Shown: positions 25,313 to 28,517 of the stretch, in pieces | Numbering within the stretch: position 1 is the stretch's first letter | How the letters are laid out: each line of letters begins with the position of its first letter | IMG/VR virus record: IMGVR_UViG_3300014658_000015 | Span: 1 to 28,517 of that record | Length of the DNA: 28,517 nucleotides | Source: a virus | Lineage: Duplodnaviria > Caudoviricetes | Reading direction: 5' to 3' (one strand) | Notes under the pieces: model-generated | The model's database searches: none | What the model was told of the DNA's origin: nothing | The model's input: the letters and a program-made list of their open reading frames with translations, nothing else | Program-made: the position numbers and the translations under genes

Positions 25313-27132
25313 GGCCGCTTCTCCTCCTTCTGGCCTTCCTGGCCTTCGCGGCGCGCGCCCACGCGACCGTGCGCGGGCGGGGCTCGGGATCCAGCATCGT
25401 GGTCACCGCTTGCTCGCGCGCGCCCGGCTACACCGATCTGCGCGGCAATGCCGACGGCTGCAACGGCGTGACGATCTATGGCCTCACCCTGGCCGCGCCG
25501 GCGTCGACGAGCTCCTACCAGCTGCCCAATTGGACGACGAGCCTGATCACCGATGGCCAGGCCAACGTCCTCGGCTCCTACCTGCCCAACTACAACGTCG
25601 CCGGCGGCGACTTCGGCGATGGCTACAACTACCTCTACGGCGGCCCGAGCGGCTATCCCAACGCCTCCCAGACCGCGACCAATGTGTCGATCTCCGGCAC
25701 GACCCTGACCATCGGCGGAACCGTTACCGAGAACGGCTCGGGCTCCCTGGGCGTGCACTACGGCCAGGGCGTCGTCGGCGCCGGGATCACGGGCTCTTGC
25801 GTGGTGCAGTCCGGCTCGGGAACCGTCTGGAAGGTCTTCGGCGCCGGCTGCCCGACATCCCTCGCCGCCGAGACCGTCACCTTCGCCGGGCTCGACGATC
25901 CGCTCAATCCCTCTTCCGGCCACTCCCTCCCGCTGAACGGGACCAGCAACTGCACCATCGGCCAATCCGGGGCGCTCTACACGCTCGACTGCACACACAC
26001 CACGAGCGCCGACCTGCACATGGCCGGCTGGGATCTGTCGCTGCACGGCGGCATGGACGTGCTGGTGCAGAACCTCACTGGATCGTTCTACAACCAGTTC
26101 AACCACTTCTCCATCGACACCAACAACGCCGTCAACAACACCAATGTGATCCGGGTCAACGGCGCGGCGAATATCTATAACACCAACAATCAATATAGCG
26201 GCAACTGCTACCAGGGCCCCTATTCCACGACCGCCTTCATCGACGACGGCCTGGGCGGCGGCTCCTATGACGGAAACCCCGGCAACACCCTGACCGTCCC
26301 GAGCGTCACCGCCGCCGGCGAGCCGGGCTGGAGCTATTTCGGCGTGGGGACCGTGATCGGCAACGGCCCGATCAACCCCTCCCACGCCATCGCCGGCGGC
26401 GTTCAGATCACCGCCATCGTCAGCGGATCGGGCCAGGCGGGGGTCTATACGGTGAACGGGTCGGCCGCCGCGATCCCGGTGGCCGCGGGCTATCCCATCA
26501 GCGGCGTGAACGGGACCGGTTGCCAGAACACCGCCTTTTTCTCGACGGCGACCGGCGTCGCCGGCGGCGGCGAACTCCTCTCGGCCTTCGAGGTGTTCGA
26601 CCACCCGCCGAGCCGCCCATACTCGGACGCCGTCACGGGCTCCTTCCACATGTTCGCCCTCATGGAGATCGGCGGCTCCGTCGACAGCTGCTGCGGAGCC
26701 CAGCATTTCGAGATCCGCGAAGGCGTTTGGGGATCGACCTCGTGCAGCGGAAGCTTCTGCACGATCCCCGACACGTCCTATGAGTATATCACCTACGTCC
26801 AGCCGCAGAACCAGCAGGGCGGCACCGCGCCGATCTACCTCTCCACCGGCCAGAACAGCAGCACCGTCTATGCGACGATCGATGTGCTGGCCGGCCTGTT
26901 CATCATCAATAGCCAGGCGGGTCTTCCCATCGGGTCCTCGGTGCTGGTCAACGGCTACAACAACACCGCCGGCACCGTGCGTTACGACAACATCCGCACC
27001 TATCCGCGCGGGGCCGACAACTGCTTCGGCAACACCGGCTTCACCGCGACCTTCTCGAACATCGTCGATCTCGTCGATGGCTCGGCGATCACCGGCTACA
27101 CCAACCCCGGCGTCTGCCCGGGATCGCAATGA
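25306..27132 (+). CDS. Exported tailspike/adhesin-like protein (signal peptide, 14 Cys), possibly beta-helical
   Basis: Start ATG 25306, overlapping the upstream gene. Signal MLRPLLLLLAFLAFAARAHA|T. Asn/Gly/Thr/Tyr-rich, 608 aa. Confidence 0.78.
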   Translation: MLRPLLLLLAFLAFAARAHATVRGRGSGSSIVVTACSRAPGYTDLRGNADGCNGVTIYGLTLAAPASTSSYQLPNWTTSLITDGQANVLGSYLPNYNVAGGDFGDGYNYLYGGPSGYPNASQTATNVSISGTTLTIGGTVTENGSGSLGVHYGQGVVGAGITGSCVVQSGSGTVWKVFGAGCPTSLAAETVTFAGLDDPLNPSSGHSLPLNGTSNCTIGQSGALYTLDCTHTTSADLHMAGWDLSLHGGMDVLVQNLTGSFYNQFNHFSIDTNNAVNNTNVIRVNGAANIYNTNNQYSGNCYQGPYSTTAFIDDGLGGGSYDGNPGNTLTVPSVTAAGEPGWSYFGVGTVIGNGPINPSHAIAGGVQITAIVSGSGQAGVYTVNGSAAAIPVAAGYPISGVNGTGCQNTAFFSTATGVAGGGELLSAFEVFDHPPSRPYSDAVTGSFHMFALMEIGGSVDSCCGAQHFEIREGVWGSTSCSGSFCTIPDTSYEYITYVQPQNQQGGTAPIYLSTGQNSSTVYATIDVLAGLFIINSQAGLPIGSSVLVNGYNNTAGTVRYDNIRTYPRGADNCFGNTGFTATFSNIVDLVDGSAITGYTNPGVCPGSQ

Positions 27133-27221
27133 GCACGCTCGCCCCCTCCCTGCGCCTCACCGACCAGGTCGTGGCCCGCGCCGGTCAGAATGATCGTTAC
27201 CGCTATTCAGTCACGCTCTAA
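27129..27221 (+). pseudogene. Possible 30-codon gene remnant (MSTLAPSLRLTDQVVARAGQNDRYRYSVTL)
   Basis: ATGA-coupled to the previous gene. Codons are GC3-rich for about 20 codons, then the sequence turns more AT-rich. Confidence 0.25.
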
Positions 27222-27238
27222 GGTGTCATTCTTCGCCA

Positions 27239-28186
27239 ATGGTCGGGGCGATCGAAAACACGGCTAGGTGTAGGATTTGCGGCGGCGCGGAGCGTTCAAG
27301 CCTCTTCGTCCGCGAGATGATGTTCGGCTCCCGCGAGAACTTTCGGTATTTCGAATGCGTGATCTGCGGCTGCCTTCAGATCGCCGATATTCCGACCGAC
27401 CTCGGGCGCCATTACCCGGATGACTACTATTCCTTCGCCAGGGCGGCGGGCGGCCTGAAAGAGCGGCTCAAGCGCGTAGCCATAAGGACCACGCTCAGGG
27501 CCTCGGGCTTCGTCGGGCCGCTTCATGCCGCCCTCGTTCATCACGGCGGCGATATCGGCTTGCTGGCGCGCTATCAGGCCCTTTGTCCAGATCGTGGGGC
27601 CAGGATAATCGATGTGGGCTCCGGGGCTGGACGCATCGTTCTTGGGCTCCGCAACGCCGGATATCAAAACGCCGCCGGCATCGACCAATTCGTGACCGGT
27701 GACACGGGGCGAAATCCCGTTGTGCGCCGGGCCGAGCTATCCGAGATCAACGGCCTCTTCGATCTGATCAGCTTCAACCACTCGCTTGAGCACATGCCCA
27801 ATCAGGTCGAAGCGCTTACCGGCGCCCGCGAAAAGCTTGCGCCCGGCGGCAAGATTATGGTCCGCCTCCCCGTCGTCGGCGGGAAGGCGTGGCGGCAATA
27901 TGGAGCCGATTGGGTGCAGATCGACGCGCCGCGCCACCTCTATCTGCATTCCAGGAAGAGTCTCGAGATCATCGCCCGTGGCGCCGGCTTGCGGATGGAT
28001 TCAATCACTTTCGACTCTACGCCTTATCAGTTCTGGGGAAGCGAACTCCTCCGATCCAATATCTCGCTGAACGATCCAAGGTCGGCCACGCTGAGAGCCG
28101 AGGGGCCAAAACGATATGCCGCCGCCGCTCGCGCGCTCAATGCCCGAGAAGACGGCGATCAAGTCATGGTCGTATTGTCCGCCTGA
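27239..28186 (+). CDS. Class I SAM-dependent methyltransferase with an N-terminal CxxC...CxxC motif (moron-like)
   Basis: CRICGG...ECVICGC, motif I IIDVGSGAG, FDLISFNHSLEH, LAPGG and DAPRHLYL. Visibly more A/T-ending codons than the operon. Confidence 0.9.
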   Translation: MVGAIENTARCRICGGAERSSLFVREMMFGSRENFRYFECVICGCLQIADIPTDLGRHYPDDYYSFARAAGGLKERLKRVAIRTTLRASGFVGPLHAALVHHGGDIGLLARYQALCPDRGARIIDVGSGAGRIVLGLRNAGYQNAAGIDQFVTGDTGRNPVVRRAELSEINGLFDLISFNHSLEHMPNQVEALTGAREKLAPGGKIMVRLPVVGGKAWRQYGADWVQIDAPRHLYLHSRKSLEIIARGAGLRMDSITFDSTPYQFWGSELLRSNISLNDPRSATLRAEGPKRYAAAARALNAREDGDQVMVVLSA

Positions 28187-28341
28187 CCAGCTGCCCCGAG
28201 GCCAAGGCGGCCGCCTATTATGTCCAGGGAATGCCTCCAAAAGTGGGGGGCCTCTGGACATCAACGGCGCCGGGCCGAACCCATGGCCGTGGCCGCCACT
28301 GAGGCGCCGAACCCGATGATCTATTTCCCGTGGGTGTGCGG

Positions 28342-28517
28342 ATGACCGACCTTAATCCCGTCGATCTCGACGACCCCACCATCGCCGACCTTGGCGCCTG
28401 GGTGGGGTCCGATCTGATTCCCCGCCTTCGGGCCGGCCAGGTGCGCATGGGGCGCGGCACGGCGGCCGAACTGCTGGCCTATGTCGCCGATGGCGTGGCG
28501 CTGGGGACGGCGATCGA
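28342..28517 (+). CDS. 5' part of another fibre-like gene, truncated by the window end
   Basis: MTDLNPVDLDDPTIADLGAWVGSDLIPRLRAGQVRMGRGTAAELLAYVADGVALGTAI..., open to the window end. Resembles the mature N-terminus of the 18294 protein. Confidence 0.55.
   Translation, partial: MTDLNPVDLDDPTIADLGAWVGSDLIPRLRAGQVRMGRGTAAELLAYVADGVALGTAI

Larger units (their letters stand above)
1..28517 (+). mobile_element. Morphogenesis region of a phage/prophage: lambda-like head and packaging module plus Mu-like contractile tail module
   Basis: Contiguous, tightly coupled + strand genes in the canonical order terminase, portal, protease, capsid, sheath, tube, tape measure, baseplate, fibre. The element ends lie outside the window. 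Confidence 0.97.

Noticed and set aside
332-27129. Many long minus-strand ORFs (e.g. 332-2215, 11926-13560, 23098-24756, 25192-27129) and Arg/Pro-rich alternative plus-frame ORFs
   Set aside because: They are shadow frames of GC3-biased real genes, fully overlap well-supported phage genes and show no recognisable motifs.
21007-27132. Mu Gin-type invertible fibre cassette
   Set aside because: All genes are on one strand; no invertase and no flanking inverted repeats were seen.

Overview
A GC-rich, co-oriented (+ strand) late operon of a tailed phage or prophage with a contractile tail. No integrase, att site, lysis or host genes are visible, so prophage versus free phage cannot be decided. 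The window opens with a candidate late promoter and terminator and a lambda-type cos site (cosQ GGGTCCT, then a cosN dyad around a 12-nt core). A lambda-like head module follows: small and large terminase, gpW, portal, S49 protease, scaffold, decoration protein and gpE-type capsid. Next is a Mu-like tail module: DUF2635, sheath, tube, a chaperone with a -1 frameshift, tape measure with a lysozyme domain, DNA-circularization protein, hub, spike, gp46, baseplate J, YmfQ and a tail fibre. The unusual part is 18.3-27.1 kb. Five fibre/adhesin-like genes coupled into the tail operon carry Sec-type signal peptides and even numbers of Cys, mostly in local pairs. Two of them sit between baseplate J and YmfQ, and YmfQ has gained a repeated acidic N-terminal extension. 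My inference is a periplasm-matured, disulfide-bonded receptor-binding apparatus. An atypical SAM methyltransferase and the start of another fibre-like gene end the window. All family assignments come from motif recognition and gene order; no searches were run.
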